From Candidatus Adlerbacteria bacterium (GTDB taxonomy: Bacteria > Patescibacteriota > Minisyncoccia > Phycocordibacterales > SBAW01), in the NCBI GenBank assembly GCA_963796795.1, contig CAWCNA010000013.1, forward strand, positions 11,571 through 75,570: a stretch of DNA of 64,000 nt, read 5' to 3'. How positions within the stretch are numbered: the first letter of the stretch is position 1; each line of letters starts with the position of its first letter. The position numbers and the translations under genes were made by a program. The notes under the pieces were generated by a model. It was given only the letters and a program-made list of their open reading frames with translations, did not search any database and had not been told where the DNA came from. This document shows, one piece after another, positions 43,810 through 54,781 of the stretch.

Positions 43810-46122
43810 CTACTGCGAGGTCGTCAATGTGCCGTTTTTGATTTGAGTTATCACCGTTTGGATTTGTGTCGCAAGCGCCGGGTCAAGCTGGGCCGCGCGG
43901 TTGAGCGCCACGATAGCATCTGCTTTGTCACCCGCAGTGTAGTAGGCGGCTGCCAACCCCAATTCATCCTGCGTGTTTTCCGGGTCGTTCTTTACACGCA
44001 ACTGCCAGATCTGCACAACGCGGTCGTACTGCTTTGTATTGACATACACCTGCAGCAAACGCGAGTCATCAACAATAGTTGAACCGAAACCTTGTATGAG
44101 AAGCGCGTCCGCGTCAGTTTTGTCGCCGCTGTAGAAGAGTGCTGACGCGTAGAGTATACGCGCATCGGTATAGTCAGGGGCTTCGTCAAACGCAGTTTTC
44201 AACACCGGCAATGCATCTTTTGTATCGTTTGCGTTCAAGTACACAACTCCTATCTCGAACATAATTTGCTGCTTCTTGGGCGAATCAGCAAGCGCTTCGG
44301 AAAGCACTTGCAGCGCCTGCGGATATTGGCTAAAGCTATCGAGGAATGCGCCGTCAAAGAGTTCTATGCGTGCATCATGCTGGCGTTGTGCGAGCAGCGC
44401 GGCTGCAGCATTTTGTGCAGCGTTGGCAGTATCCTGCTTTACCGACGGGTCAATTGATGTAGACGCTGCGAGGCCGGACGCATACTGGAGTAGCTGCTCC
44501 GTCACTTCCTGGCGACCCATCGGCGTACCCGGCCATATACCCTCCCCCAGCGCCGTCTCGAAATTCTGCAGCAGCACTTTCGGATCTTTTGGTTGCCCGG
44601 TTATATTTCCACTTGCATCTTTGACGGCTACTTGTGTTGTCAATGCAGCAATAATATTTTGTGCGCGGACAATGCCAGGCATATTTGCTGTCCATACAAC
44701 AAGCAATGTAACAACAACCACAATAGGTGCTGCAACTGCAAGCCCTTTTTCTCCCATTGGACGCGAGAGGAACATCCATCGCGGCGGCATCTTTTTCGAC
44801 AACGAGTGTGCGAATGCCAGTACAAGGAAAAAGTAGACCGAACTCATCAGGTCGTCGAACACGAACAGGTTATTAAAGGCATACGCAGCAAGAAGGCCAA
44901 GTAACACTGCCTGTTCAGGTACCTCAAGGTCCGAGCGGAAGATGTACCACACCGCAAGTACAAAGAAGGATACATAGAGAAGGAATGCGGGCAGGCCGCC
45001 ATCTACAAGCCAATCGAGAAACTGGTCGTGTGCGCGGTCAAACCACTGTTCCTGGCTGTACATCTGCGGCACGTAATATTTATTGAAGACGAAGTTAAAG
45101 TTTTCCTGACCCCAACCTGCAATAATAGTCTTCGGCGATTGTACAAAGCCCTGGAGCGCCATGTGCCAGATCTGGAAACGCGCCGCCGTTGTCGGGTCGG
45201 TGAGCGAGATAGATGCAATGCGGCCCAAAGTTGAAGAGTGCTGCACAAACGGTGTCGAGCGCAGCGCGAAGAACGCAACAACAAGAACGACAATTGCACC
45301 AAGGCCCCAGAGGGAAACACGGCGCAGCGTGCGCCACTCGTGTCCCGCGCCTTTCCATCCAACATATATCGCGGCAATCACGAGGCCGCCGATTACGCCA
45401 AGTACAGCACCTCGCGTCTCGGTGTAATAGAGCACTATCACTTGCAGCACGAGCGCAATGCCGTAGAGCACTTGCGCCACAGTGGACTTACGCTGACGCA
45501 CGAGCATAAACAACGTAATGAAGAGGTTGAAGAGCATAAACACCGCCAAGTAGGTGGCATTACCGAACGTGCCGTCCAAACGCGCACCGCTCTGGCTGCT
45601 GATCGGGATCTTGTGTGCCAGCTGCAATAGGCCGTAAAAAGCCATCACTACTGAGGCCACAATAGAGCACTGGAACAACTTCTTCCACCATTCTTCCGCA
45701 GCAACAACTGCACCCACCATCAAGAAATATGCAAAGAGGTGGAGCAAGGCGATGTACCCTTCCATGCGCTCGAAGTTGCTCCAGAAGCTTTTTGTTGGGT
45801 CAACGCTCACAATTGTGGCAACAGCAATCCATGCAACAAAAATCCCAACTGCCCACATGATGAGTGATGCACGCGGGCGGTACTTTGGCTCGCGGAGCGC
45901 CAAGAGTACGTACACACCAACGAGCACTTCTATCAAAATACGGAAGACAAAGTTCTTACCGGTGATAAACGGGAAGAACATCGCAAAGAATGGAATGTAG
46001 AGATTCCCCATTCCCGATGCCTGTTGATACCCCACCCCGCCGTCGGCGATAATAAACGGAATAATAAACACAGCGGCCAGGCCGACAAGCAGCGTCCACC
46101 GCAGAAATTTTGTATACGACAT
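43810..46122 (-). CDS. O-antigen ligase (Wzy_C-like) family protein with C-terminal TPR
   Basis: Multi-TM; GTFGNATYLA, TETRGA, GWGQENF, FDRAHDQFLD motifs; TPR-like tail. Confidence 0.85.
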   Translation of the reverse strand: MSYTKFLRWTLLVGLAAVFIIPFIIADGGVGYQQASGMGNLYIPFFAMFFPFITGKNFVFRILIEVLVGVYVLLALREPKYRPRASLIMWAVGIFVAWIAVATIVSVDPTKSFWSNFERMEGYIALLHLFAYFLMVGAVVAAEEWWKKLFQCSIVASVVMAFYGLLQLAHKIPISSQSGARLDGTFGNATYLAVFMLFNLFITLFMLVRQRKSTVAQVLYGIALVLQVIVLYYTETRGAVLGVIGGLVIAAIYVGWKGAGHEWRTLRRVSLWGLGAIVVLVVAFFALRSTPFVQHSSTLGRIASISLTDPTTAARFQIWHMALQGFVQSPKTIIAGWGQENFNFVFNKYYVPQMYSQEQWFDRAHDQFLDWLVDGGLPAFLLYVSFFVLAVWYIFRSDLEVPEQAVLLGLLAAYAFNNLFVFDDLMSSVYFFLVLAFAHSLSKKMPPRWMFLSRPMGEKGLAVAAPIVVVVTLLVVWTANMPGIVRAQNIIAALTTQVAVKDASGNITGQPKDPKVLLQNFETALGEGIWPGTPMGRQEVTEQLLQYASGLAASTSIDPSVKQDTANAAQNAAAALLAQRQHDARIELFDGAFLDSFSQYPQALQVLSEALADSPKKQQIMFEIGVVYLNANDTKDALPVLKTAFDEAPDYTDARILYASALFYSGDKTDADALLIQGFGSTIVDDSRLLQVYVNTKQYDRVVQIWQLRVKNDPENTQDELGLAAAYYTAGDKADAIVALNRAAQLDPALATQIQTVITQIKNGTLTTSQ

Positions 46123-46183
46123 ATAGGGAGCATTGTAGCAGAAGTGCCTTTTTGCACCAAAGAACAGGTATACTCCTCTATAT

Positions 46184-46840
46184 ATGAAAACCGTCCTTAT
46201 AACCGGAACGAGTAGAGGTATAGGTAAAGCCCTTGCACATACATTTCTGGAAAAAGGCTATTTTGTCATTGGAACTTCCAGAGAAGAAAAAGCGCTACAC
46301 GAACACCCCAATTTTCTCCTTCTGCAGCTTGATTTGTTTGATCCAAAAAGTATTGAGCGATGTGTTTCTGACATAGAACGGAGCGGGAAAAAGCTTGAAA
46401 TACTGGTTAATAACGCAGCCGTTGGTTCAAACGAACAGGACGACTCGGTCATGCACCCCGACGCCCTACGCAGAACGCTTGAAGTGAACGTTATTGGAAC
46501 GGCAGATTTTACCGAGCAAATTCTTCCCTTTATAGAAGAAGGTGGTCATATCGTAAATGTTTCTTCTCGCGGAGGCTCATTAGGAAATCTTCATAACACA
46601 AATCATGCGGAATATAGAATTTCCAAAGCCGCACTCAACATGATTACAAGATTGTTGGCCGTGCGCCTCGCGGGGAAAATTACCGTCTCATCAATACATC
46701 CAGGTTGGGTCCGAACTGACATGGGAGGAAACGATGCGGATCTATTACCCGAAGATGCAGCGGAATCTTTGTTCACGTTTGCAACATCCCACGTCGAATC
46801 AGGGCAGTTCTGGTATAACGGAGAAAAAATTCCTTGGTAA
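46184..46840 (+). CDS. short-chain dehydrogenase/reductase
   Basis: TGTSRGIG, LVNNA, YRISK, HPGWVRTDMGG. Confidence 0.92.
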   Translation: MKTVLITGTSRGIGKALAHTFLEKGYFVIGTSREEKALHEHPNFLLLQLDLFDPKSIERCVSDIERSGKKLEILVNNAAVGSNEQDDSVMHPDALRRTLEVNVIGTADFTEQILPFIEEGGHIVNVSSRGGSLGNLHNTNHAEYRISKAALNMITRLLAVRLAGKITVSSIHPGWVRTDMGGNDADLLPEDAAESLFTFATSHVESGQFWYNGEKIPW

Positions 46841-46880
46841 AAGAAAAGCCGTCCACACTCCAGTTGGAGAGGGACGGCTT
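46841..46880 (-). terminator. terminator between convergent genes
   Basis: AAGCCGTCC...GGACGGCTT stem with an A-tract on the left. Confidence 0.65.
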
Positions 46881-46885
46881 CAAGT

Positions 46886-47453
46886 CTAATCCCTTGGGAT
46901 ATCCACGAACACCACCTTGCGAAGGAGCGTGTCGTGCGGCAGATAGAATGCCCAGGGCTTCAAGTAGTCCGGGGCGGGAGCATAGGTCTCCTTGACCATC
47001 CGCAGCCGCTGTGGGCCAGCCTGTTCGGTCTGCAGCCACGCATCCCAGAATGGAAAGAGGCTTGGACTGAGGTCCGCGGGAGCGTCGCCCGGCTTCTGGC
47101 ACAGCCCGTCGCTTCTGTTCCAGCGGCAAACCCCCCAGGCCTTCCGTTCGGTGTCGGCGAACTCGAGAATCATTTCCTGGATGGTAAACAAGTTGTAAGC
47201 CACCAGGCCATGGACTGCGCGCCTTTGCCAAGTCGGGTGTCCCACTGCGGGATTGATTGCCGACTCAGCCGCAGTCTTTCAGAGGAACGCCCACATCAGA
47301 AAATTCGAAGGAGATAGGCGTGTAGGGATCGGGGGGTACCCGTACCTGTTCGATGGTTTTCGTCCAGTCCTCCTCCTTGCCGTGACGGCGGATGAGAAAC
47401 GTCCCACCAAGGGCATCTTGCTCAGCTTGAATCGTGTCTCGAAGGTCGGCCAT
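46886..47453 (-). CDS. hypothetical protein, GC-rich (frameshift ~47278)
   Basis: ORFs 47265-47453 and 46886-47245 join by removing one base; AGGGGAC upstream of the start. Confidence 0.55.
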
Positions 47454-47593
47454 GGGCGTCCCCCTGTTCTATCGCTACAAACCCTGTAGCTGGGTACTTA
47501 ATCTACTTGCAGGCTACAACATATCTTAACTTTTGTCTGTATGGTCATCAAAGAACCCTTTCACCATAGAGAACGGTTATACTTCCTATACAC

Positions 47594-48851
47594 ATGTTTA
47601 CCGCTGCAAAACAACGCCTATACGATTTTTTACGTTGGACAGAGAGATATACCAAGACAGATATGGTGCATTTTGTATGGAGCAATATATGGATGAATCT
47701 TGGCAGGATTATCGCGCTGGCTACAGGCCTGATACTAACCACTGCGTTCGCTAACCTTCTTTCGCCACAATTGTTCGGTACCTACCAATACGTCATTGCC
47801 GCAGCAAGCGTCGTTGGTGCATTCACTCTTAACAACATGAGCGGGGCGGTCATGCGCGCCGTAGCGCAGGGCAAACAACATGTGGTGCCCGCAGTCGTCC
47901 GTGCCATGATGCGCTGGAGCGTGCCGGCAAGTATCGTGAGCGCCGGCATAGGCGTTTATTACTTATTCCATGGCAATACGACGCTCGGCTACGGCTTCCT
48001 GTTTATTGCGGTGTTCAATGTCACCGCCAACGGGTATGGCCTGTCAAAATCGGTCATCATTGCAAAACAAGATTTTAAAAATTCCTTTGTCGTCGGCACT
48101 ATACGGAGTATGTTCCCTATCGTTGTCATAGTGGCAACTTTATTTTCTGACCAAAAATCTTGTTTGGATATTGTTCGCATACTTTTTCTCCAACGCATTT
48201 GGGGCGTGGGCACAATATATTTGGGCCCTCCGTCACTTTAAGATTAAAGGATCAAACGAGGATGTTAAAGAAACTGTTACGTTCGGCAAACATTTGAGTA
48301 TCATCGGTTTTTTCCTTATCGCGAGCGGACAGATAGACCAGATACTACTCTTCCATTTTTCAGGTGGCGCACAATTGGCAATTTATGCACTTGCCCTCAC
48401 GCCCGTGATGGAGGCACGAAATTTGCTGGACAATTTTCTTTCCATTCTCTTTCCAAAAATGGCAGCAAAGGATAAAGAGACAGCTCGTAAAACCATATCC
48501 TTACGCCTCAAACAACTTACCGTACTTGCAATCGTATTGACGCTTGCCTATATTCTGCTCGTTCCCATCCTATTTCACGTTTTGTTTCCTAAATACATAC
48601 CATCGATCTTAATCAGCCAAGTTCTTGCGCTTGTCATTCTTTTCGAGCCGCGCGGCGTTATTGATACCTACATAGTCGCACACGGAGAAATAAAGAAGCG
48701 CTACGTTGCAGTGCTCTCAAGCCAAGCAGTCGAGTTCGCGCTCTTCTGCGTCCTTATCCCTCTTTTTGGGCTCTGGGGAGCTGTGTGGGCTACAATACTT
48801 TCCGAAGCCGGCGCGTCCCTTTCGCTCTATTTGATTTATAAAACCTTATAG
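47594..48851 (+). CDS. Wzx-like oligosaccharide flippase (frameshift ~48146)
   Basis: Polytopic; LSPQLFGTY, QIDQILL...LAIYALA, PLFGLWGAVWAT motifs. Confidence 0.85.
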
Positions 48852-48852
48852 T

Positions 48853-49754
48853 ATGAGAAAAAATATTGTTATATCAAAACTCATCGGAGGCTTAGGTAAT
48901 CAAATGTTTCAATACGCATTCGCACGCGCTCTTGCGGAAAAAAATGCAGCGACATTGGCATTAGATATTTCTTGTTACGGCACAACATTTAATGCCTACG
49001 GTTTTCATCTATCCAACTTTGACATACAGGCAGAATATGCGTTCGAAAAAGAGATTACGTCCTTACGGAAACACAAAAGAAGAAATGGTACTCTGGGTAA
49101 ATTTCTCAATCTTTTTTTTGCTGATCCAAAAAAATATGTAGTGGAAAGAATGCAGACGTACGATCCTCATATGCTCGAACTCACACCTCCATGCTACGTC
49201 GAAGGCTATTGGCTCTCAGAAAAATATTTCATCGATAGTGCAGAAACCATACGGAGTGAATTTTCTCTCCAAACACCCTTGGGTGATTATTCAAAAATAA
49301 TAGCCGCACAGATTACATCGTCTCCTGAATCTATCGCGATCCATATCCGCCAAGGATTTGCGAAAGATATTGAACGCACGAAACAAAAAGACATCTCCCA
49401 CGTTTCCTGCTCCGTTGACTATTACACGGAAGCCATACGCATCATGAACGAACGAGTTCCCGGAGCATCTTATTTTATTTTTTTCCTGATGATGTCGAAT
49501 GGGCGAAACAACATATACAAACGGGCCGGCCGACAGTGTTCATTGGGCAAGGCTCAAGTAAGGATTATGAGGACCTTGAGCTGATGCGCCTCTGTACCCA
49601 CCATATTATTTCAAACAGTACGTTTGGCTGGTGGGCGGCATGGCTCTCCAAGCATGAAAAGGAATCGGTTACGATTGCCCCTAAAAAATGGACTACAAAA
49701 CCCTTTGATACCAAAGATCTTATTCCTGAACGCTGGATAACCCTTCCATATTAA
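48853..49754 (+). CDS. GT11 alpha-1,2-fucosyltransferase-like (frameshift ~49484)
   Basis: GGLGNQMFQYA, EGYW, IHIR, SNSTFGWWAAWL. Confidence 0.9.
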
Positions 49755-49763
49755 TAGCCAGCG

Positions 49764-50516
49764 CTATTTCTTTTTTCCAAGAATTTTATTCCCAAGTTTT
49801 ATCAATGGAAGTGGAATCTTCCATATGAGCGGCACAATTTTATTCCATCGGCTTTCATAGTAAGTGTATATCTGCGGATGTACGAGTGCCAAAGCTTTGT
49901 CGTGGCCTATTTTAATTTCTTCTGCAAGTTTTGGATAGTTTGAAAGCTCACTTTCCTTTACATAAAACATAACGTTCTGCGCGTAGAAAAACGCAACGCG
50001 TGCGTCGCTCCATACGCGATGGCGCAGGCAATCGACAGGCACGTATCCTTGCTCCTTAAATCTCTCTTCCCAGTATGCCGGCCATTGCTCATTTATATGA
50101 TGCACTCCTTGTTGGCCAGGTATCGCCGCAGAAAATAAAATAACGGGTGCGGCATCTGTGAGATTTTTTACAAACGTTCGTGATGCCACATCCGAGAGAT
50201 GCTCCCCCACTTCGAGTGAAACTACGAGGTCGAATGTTCTTCCAAAAGTTAGTGGCTGTTCCAAATTAGCGCCGATAAATTTTTCCTTCGGGATAGAAAG
50301 TTTCTCTTTATCGACATACTCGCCGTCGTACCCGACAACATCTTCAATGCCGGTTTCCATAAAGGCCTTGAGCCACAGCCCCTGCCCGCATCCAATATCG
50401 AGTACTGATTTTGCTTGCACAAACTGCAGAGCAAGCGGAGCGACTACGCGGGCAGAGGAAAGATTGGCATCCTCCATGCCTGCAAAAAACGAGCCTGAAT
50501 AAAATGCTTCTGCCAT
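49764..50516 (-). CDS. class I SAM-dependent methyltransferase
   Basis: VLDIGCGQG, DLVVSLEVGEHL, GVHHINEQ. Confidence 0.88.
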   Translation of the reverse strand: MAEAFYSGSFFAGMEDANLSSARVVAPLALQFVQAKSVLDIGCGQGLWLKAFMETGIEDVVGYDGEYVDKEKLSIPKEKFIGANLEQPLTFGRTFDLVVSLEVGEHLSDVASRTFVKNLTDAAPVILFSAAIPGQQGVHHINEQWPAYWEERFKEQGYVPVDCLRHRVWSDARVAFFYAQNVMFYVKESELSNYPKLAEEIKIGHDKALALVHPQIYTYYESRWNKIVPLIWKIPLPLIKLGNKILGKKK

Positions 50517-50576
50517 AGATGTATTCCGCAGTATACCAGTGCCGCCTCCAAGAAGGTATACTGGCCCAAAAGATAT

Positions 50577-52037
50577 ATGAGTTTTGTCGAACTGCGATTC
50601 CTTATTTTCTTCCCGACCGTCGTTGCATTGTTTTTACTGCTTCCCTACCGCTTCCGTTGGATTTTGTTGCTTATTTCAAGCTACATCTTTTATATGGCCT
50701 TCAAGCCGTCGTATGGCTTGTTACTTGCCGCAATAACGCTCATCGACTTCTTTGCAGGCTTAGCGATGAAAAATGAAATGAGGCCCCAGTATCGCAAGCT
50801 CTATCTTCTTTTAAGCCTTACGGCAAATCTCGGAATACTTTTTGTATTTAAATATTTCAACTTTTTCTTCGACTCGCTTGAGCATGTACTCCAGTTTGTA
50901 GGACATCCACAAACATTTCCAGCACTCTCAATCCTTTTACCTATCGGTATTTCATTCCACGTATTTCAAAGTTTAAGTTACACGATAGAGGTGTACAGGA
51001 AAAAATACGAACCGGTAACGCACCTGGGCAAGTTCGCTTTGTACGTAAGTTTCTTCCCACAATTAGCGGCGGGCCCCATTGAGCGACCACAAGGGCTGCT
51101 GACACAAATAATGGAAGGCCGCCCGTTCAATCTCGAACAGGCACAGAGCGGCCTGCGGCTCATGATGTGGGGATATTTTAAAAAACTTATGATTGCGGAC
51201 ACGCTGGCACCATTCATAAATAATGTGTATGGAAACCCAGGCGCGTATCCCGGGCCGACGTACATACTCGCGACCATGATGTTTGCGTACCAAATTTACT
51301 GCGACTTCTCGGGATATACCGATATCGCGCGAGGTGCCGCCCGCGTGTTCGGATATGAACTTGTTCTTAACTTCAACCGCCCCTTCCACGCCACATCAAT
51401 GGCAGACTTCTGGCGACGCTGGCATATCTCACTTTCGAGCTGGCTACGCGACTATCTCTATACACCGCTCGTATTTTCTGGAAAACGCATCACACAGACC
51501 CGCATATATTGGAGCCTGTTCATCACATTCGTATTAATAGGACTGTGGCACGGTGCCAACTGGACGTATGTACTCTTTGGCGCACTCCATGGAATATATC
51601 TCGTTGGAGAATTAGTGCTTACCGGTCCCGCACGCAAGTTCCCGCTTGCTGTCCCTCTATTTATAAAACGCATCACAGTATTTCTGCTCGTTTGTTTTTC
51701 ATATATCTTTTTCCGCGCTCCAACTGTTAGCGAAGCGTTTTCTATCGTCAAAGGACTCGGTAGTGAATGGCAGATATTTGTATCCAATCTCGCATCCAAT
51801 GCCGGACGCTTGCATGTACTCGCAATGGATATCGGGTGGAAGGGTTTGGCAATAGGACTTTCTTCAGTGTGCGTACTTGAAGTGGTGGAAGTGCTACACG
51901 AACGCGTGCCATTTGGTGAGAGGTTTGCATATACACCGGCCGTGGTTCGCGCAGTTTTGTATGCAGGCATCATTTCGATAATTTTACTGTTTGGAGCACT
52001 CGGCAACAGCCAGCAATTTATCTATTTCCAGTTCTAG
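50577..52037 (+). CDS. MBOAT O-acyltransferase (AlgI/PatA/DltB-like)
   Basis: LPIGISF, FFPQLAAGPI, YCDFSGYTD, FWRRWHISLS, GLWHG; C-terminal FIYFQF. Confidence 0.93.
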   Translation: MSFVELRFLIFFPTVVALFLLLPYRFRWILLLISSYIFYMAFKPSYGLLLAAITLIDFFAGLAMKNEMRPQYRKLYLLLSLTANLGILFVFKYFNFFFDSLEHVLQFVGHPQTFPALSILLPIGISFHVFQSLSYTIEVYRKKYEPVTHLGKFALYVSFFPQLAAGPIERPQGLLTQIMEGRPFNLEQAQSGLRLMMWGYFKKLMIADTLAPFINNVYGNPGAYPGPTYILATMMFAYQIYCDFSGYTDIARGAARVFGYELVLNFNRPFHATSMADFWRRWHISLSSWLRDYLYTPLVFSGKRITQTRIYWSLFITFVLIGLWHGANWTYVLFGALHGIYLVGELVLTGPARKFPLAVPLFIKRITVFLLVCFSYIFFRAPTVSEAFSIVKGLGSEWQIFVSNLASNAGRLHVLAMDIGWKGLAIGLSSVCVLEVVEVLHERVPFGERFAYTPAVVRAVLYAGIISIILLFGALGNSQQFIYFQF

Positions 52038-52059
52038 GACAACACACTATACTGGCAGC

Positions 52060-52389
52060 ATGCGCGGCATCGGTATAGACATGACACCCGTGGCTCGTAT
52101 GGAAGCCGCCCTCACTAATACCCAGTTTATGGCTAATACATTTACGGATATTGAACAAACCTACTGCAATTCATACAAAGATGCCGCGGTGCATTTTGCG
52201 GGGACATTTGCCGCAAAAGAAGCGGTGAGGAAAGCGACCAGCCTCTATCCAAAACTCAACGAAGTGGAAATACGGCGCACGGCTGAAGGCAAACCTGAGG
52301 TATGGATACAGGGCGCGCTGGAGTCATCACTGCTGATTTCTATAACACACACAGCAACTGATGCATGTGCTATAGCAATAGCGCAATAG
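52060..52389 (+). CDS. acpS: holo-ACP synthase (phosphopantetheinyl transferase)
   Basis: GIGID, FAAKEAVRKA, GKP, LISITH. Confidence 0.9.
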   Translation: MRGIGIDMTPVARMEAALTNTQFMANTFTDIEQTYCNSYKDAAVHFAGTFAAKEAVRKATSLYPKLNEVEIRRTAEGKPEVWIQGALESSLLISITHTATDACAIAIAQ

Positions 52390-52415
52390 TTCGATATGAC
52401 TCACTACAAGTAATT

Positions 52416-53460
52416 ATGTCTGAAATTAAAAAAATGTATCGTGCTCGACCTCGACAACACCCTTTGGGGCGGTGTTGTAGGAGAAGATGGTAAGGACGGA
52501 ATTTTGCTTTCCATTGATGAAAAAGGAGAAGCGTTTATTGCATTCCAACAAGCACTGCGCGACCTGTACGACCGCGGCATCATACTCGCGATAAACAGCA
52601 AAAATAATCCGGAGGATGCACTGGAGGTTATCCGCACACACCCAAACATGCTTTTGAAGGAGCCTCATTTCGCAGCAATGCGCATCAACTGGAATGACAA
52701 GGTGGACAATATGCGCGAACTCGCCGAAGAGTTAAATATTGGTCTCGACTCGATGGTGTTTCTCGACGACAGTGCGCTGCAGCGCGAGGCAGTAAAATCG
52801 GCACTTCCTGAAGTTGCAGTGCCGGACATGCCACAGGACCCCCGCGATTATACGCAGATGCTCTTGTCGCTCCCCTACTTCAATTCCAATACCCTGACCG
52901 ATGAGGACAAGATGCGCGGGAATTTTTATGTAACCGAACGCCTTCGTGCAAAAGCTGAAGGCCGCTTTGAAAACCGCGAGGCCTTTTTGGAAAGCCTTGG
53001 CCTACAGGTACGGGTAGTTCGCAATGACACGAATGCCATTTCGCGTATTTCACAACTGACTGGAAAAACAAATCAATTTAATACAAATAAAATTCCAAAA
53101 ACTGAAGAGGAAATTGCCGCATATATGGAGAGTGAGAATACGGACGTGTGGTATGCACAAGCCTCAGACCGCTTTGGCGACCACGGGATTATCGCGGTTG
53201 CCCTTCTACAAAAGAGCGGCGCCGTTTGGAATATAGAAACACTGCTGATGAGCTGCCGCGTGTTCGAGCGTGGTATTGAAGATGCATTTATATATGCCAT
53301 TGCAGAGGCAGCACAGGAGGAAGATGTGAGATCTATTGCATTTGATTTTGCACCGACCGAGAAAAACGATCCTGCTAAAACATTCTTAGACAACAAGACT
53401 ACAAATGGCATACTACAGGTACGGGACCAGAACCTGCCCCGCTGGATAACTCTTGTATAA
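52416..53460 (+). CDS. FkbH-like HAD-IIIC glyceryl transferase/phosphatase (extra base near start)
   Basis: DLDNTLWGGVVGEDG, SKNN, VFLDD, KTNQFN, DRFGDHG, LMSCRV (catalytic Cys). Confidence 0.9.
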
Positions 53461-53463
53461 AAT

Positions 53464-53694
53464 ATGAAACAATTTGACGACATTGTGTACGAAATGCTGC
53501 GCATCGAGAAAGGTCCGAATATTGACGCCCTAACACCCAAGGATGTCCCGCACTGGGACTCCATGAACTACCTACTCTTTATTGCGGAGCTCGAAAAAGA
53601 ATACGGCGTTTCCTTCACCATGGACGAAGTACTCTCGGCTCAAAGCTTAGGCGATGTGCGTACGGCACTGCGAAACAAAGGCGCGAACGTATGA
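53464..53694 (+). CDS. acyl carrier protein
   Basis: 76 aa, acidic; WDSMNYL phosphopantetheine Ser motif. Confidence 0.88.
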   Translation: MKQFDDIVYEMLRIEKGPNIDALTPKDVPHWDSMNYLLFIAELEKEYGVSFTMDEVLSAQSLGDVRTALRNKGANV

Positions 53695-54131
53695 GTGACA
53701 TTCCAAAAGCTGCCGACCGAACATTTGAATCTATCCAGGTTGGCGAAACCTGCGTGCGGGAACGGATAATAACTGCCGAAGATATTGAAACGTTCGCCAA
53801 ACTCTCGGGCGATCATAATCCGCTGCATGTTGATGCAGCCTATGCGGCACAAACGCAATTTAAAAAACCCGTCGTACATGGCATGTTTCTCGGGGCGTTG
53901 GTTTCTGAACTAATCGGAATGCATCTGCCGGGGATGCGATGCCTGCTTGTAAAAGAAGCTCTTGAATTTAAATTGCCAGTTTTTGCCGGCGACACAGTCC
54001 GCATTGAGGGTGTCATCGTGCACAAAAGCGAAGCGGCAAAACTTCTTGAAATAAAAATAACAATTACTCGCGAGTTCGATACGGTTGTAGAAGGAGTGGT
54101 TCATACAAAAGTTTTACACCATGACGCCTAA
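53691..54131 (+). CDS. MaoC-like hot-dog dehydratase
   Basis: FAKLSGDHNPLHVD and HGMF hydratase motif; PVFAGD. Confidence 0.9.
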   Translation: MSDIPKAADRTFESIQVGETCVRERIITAEDIETFAKLSGDHNPLHVDAAYAAQTQFKKPVVHGMFLGALVSELIGMHLPGMRCLLVKEALEFKLPVFAGDTVRIEGVIVHKSEAAKLLEIKITITREFDTVVEGVVHTKVLHHDA

Positions 54132-54741
54132 TAAATACGCGCTTACAACTGGCGGTACAGGATATGTTGGTACTGCGGTCGTAGCAATGCTGATCAAAAA
54201 CGGTTTTGAGGTTGTTAACCTCGGCAGGAAGGAATGTAACCTGGCCGATCTAAAAAACGTATCTATCGTGGCAGAGAAAATTTTGAAGGAACGAGGCGCT
54301 CCCCAAGTTATTATCCATATGGCGTGCCCACCAACCACGCGTAAGGCGCTGGAAGATACAACTGAGGAAGAAAAAGCTACTGAATTTACAATTGCAGTAG
54401 ATATAGCGCGAGTGCTTGGTGAAATATTTTTGCCACATATGGCACCCGGTTCGAGCTTTATTGGGATTACAACCGCCTCGCTCGACAAGGCAGAACCGGA
54501 AAAAAACATCGGTGCATATATCCCAGCAAAGGCCGCATTGCGTTCACTTCAAAAAAAGCTCGCGGAAGATTGGGGCGACAAAGGCATACATGTGTATGAT
54601 GTCGCCCCAACGTTCTTGCCTGGCGGGTTAAATAAGGACCTACCAGAAGGCGTCCTCAACCTCCTTGCACGCCAGAAAGACGGTACCGTGCCCACCGCAG
54701 AAAGTGTGGCAAATACAATAGAAAAGCTTATTACGGGGTAA
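54121..54741 (+). CDS. atypical SDR/ketoreductase
   Basis: TGGTGYVG Rossmann motif; YIPAK catalytic motif. Confidence 0.78.
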   Translation: MTPNKYALTTGGTGYVGTAVVAMLIKNGFEVVNLGRKECNLADLKNVSIVAEKILKERGAPQVIIHMACPPTTRKALEDTTEEEKATEFTIAVDIARVLGEIFLPHMAPGSSFIGITTASLDKAEPEKNIGAYIPAKAALRSLQKKLAEDWGDKGIHVYDVAPTFLPGGLNKDLPEGVLNLLARQKDGTVPTAESVANTIEKLITG

Positions 54742-54781
54742 CTTTTATACTCCGCCTCGAGTCATATATACTGAAACCACA

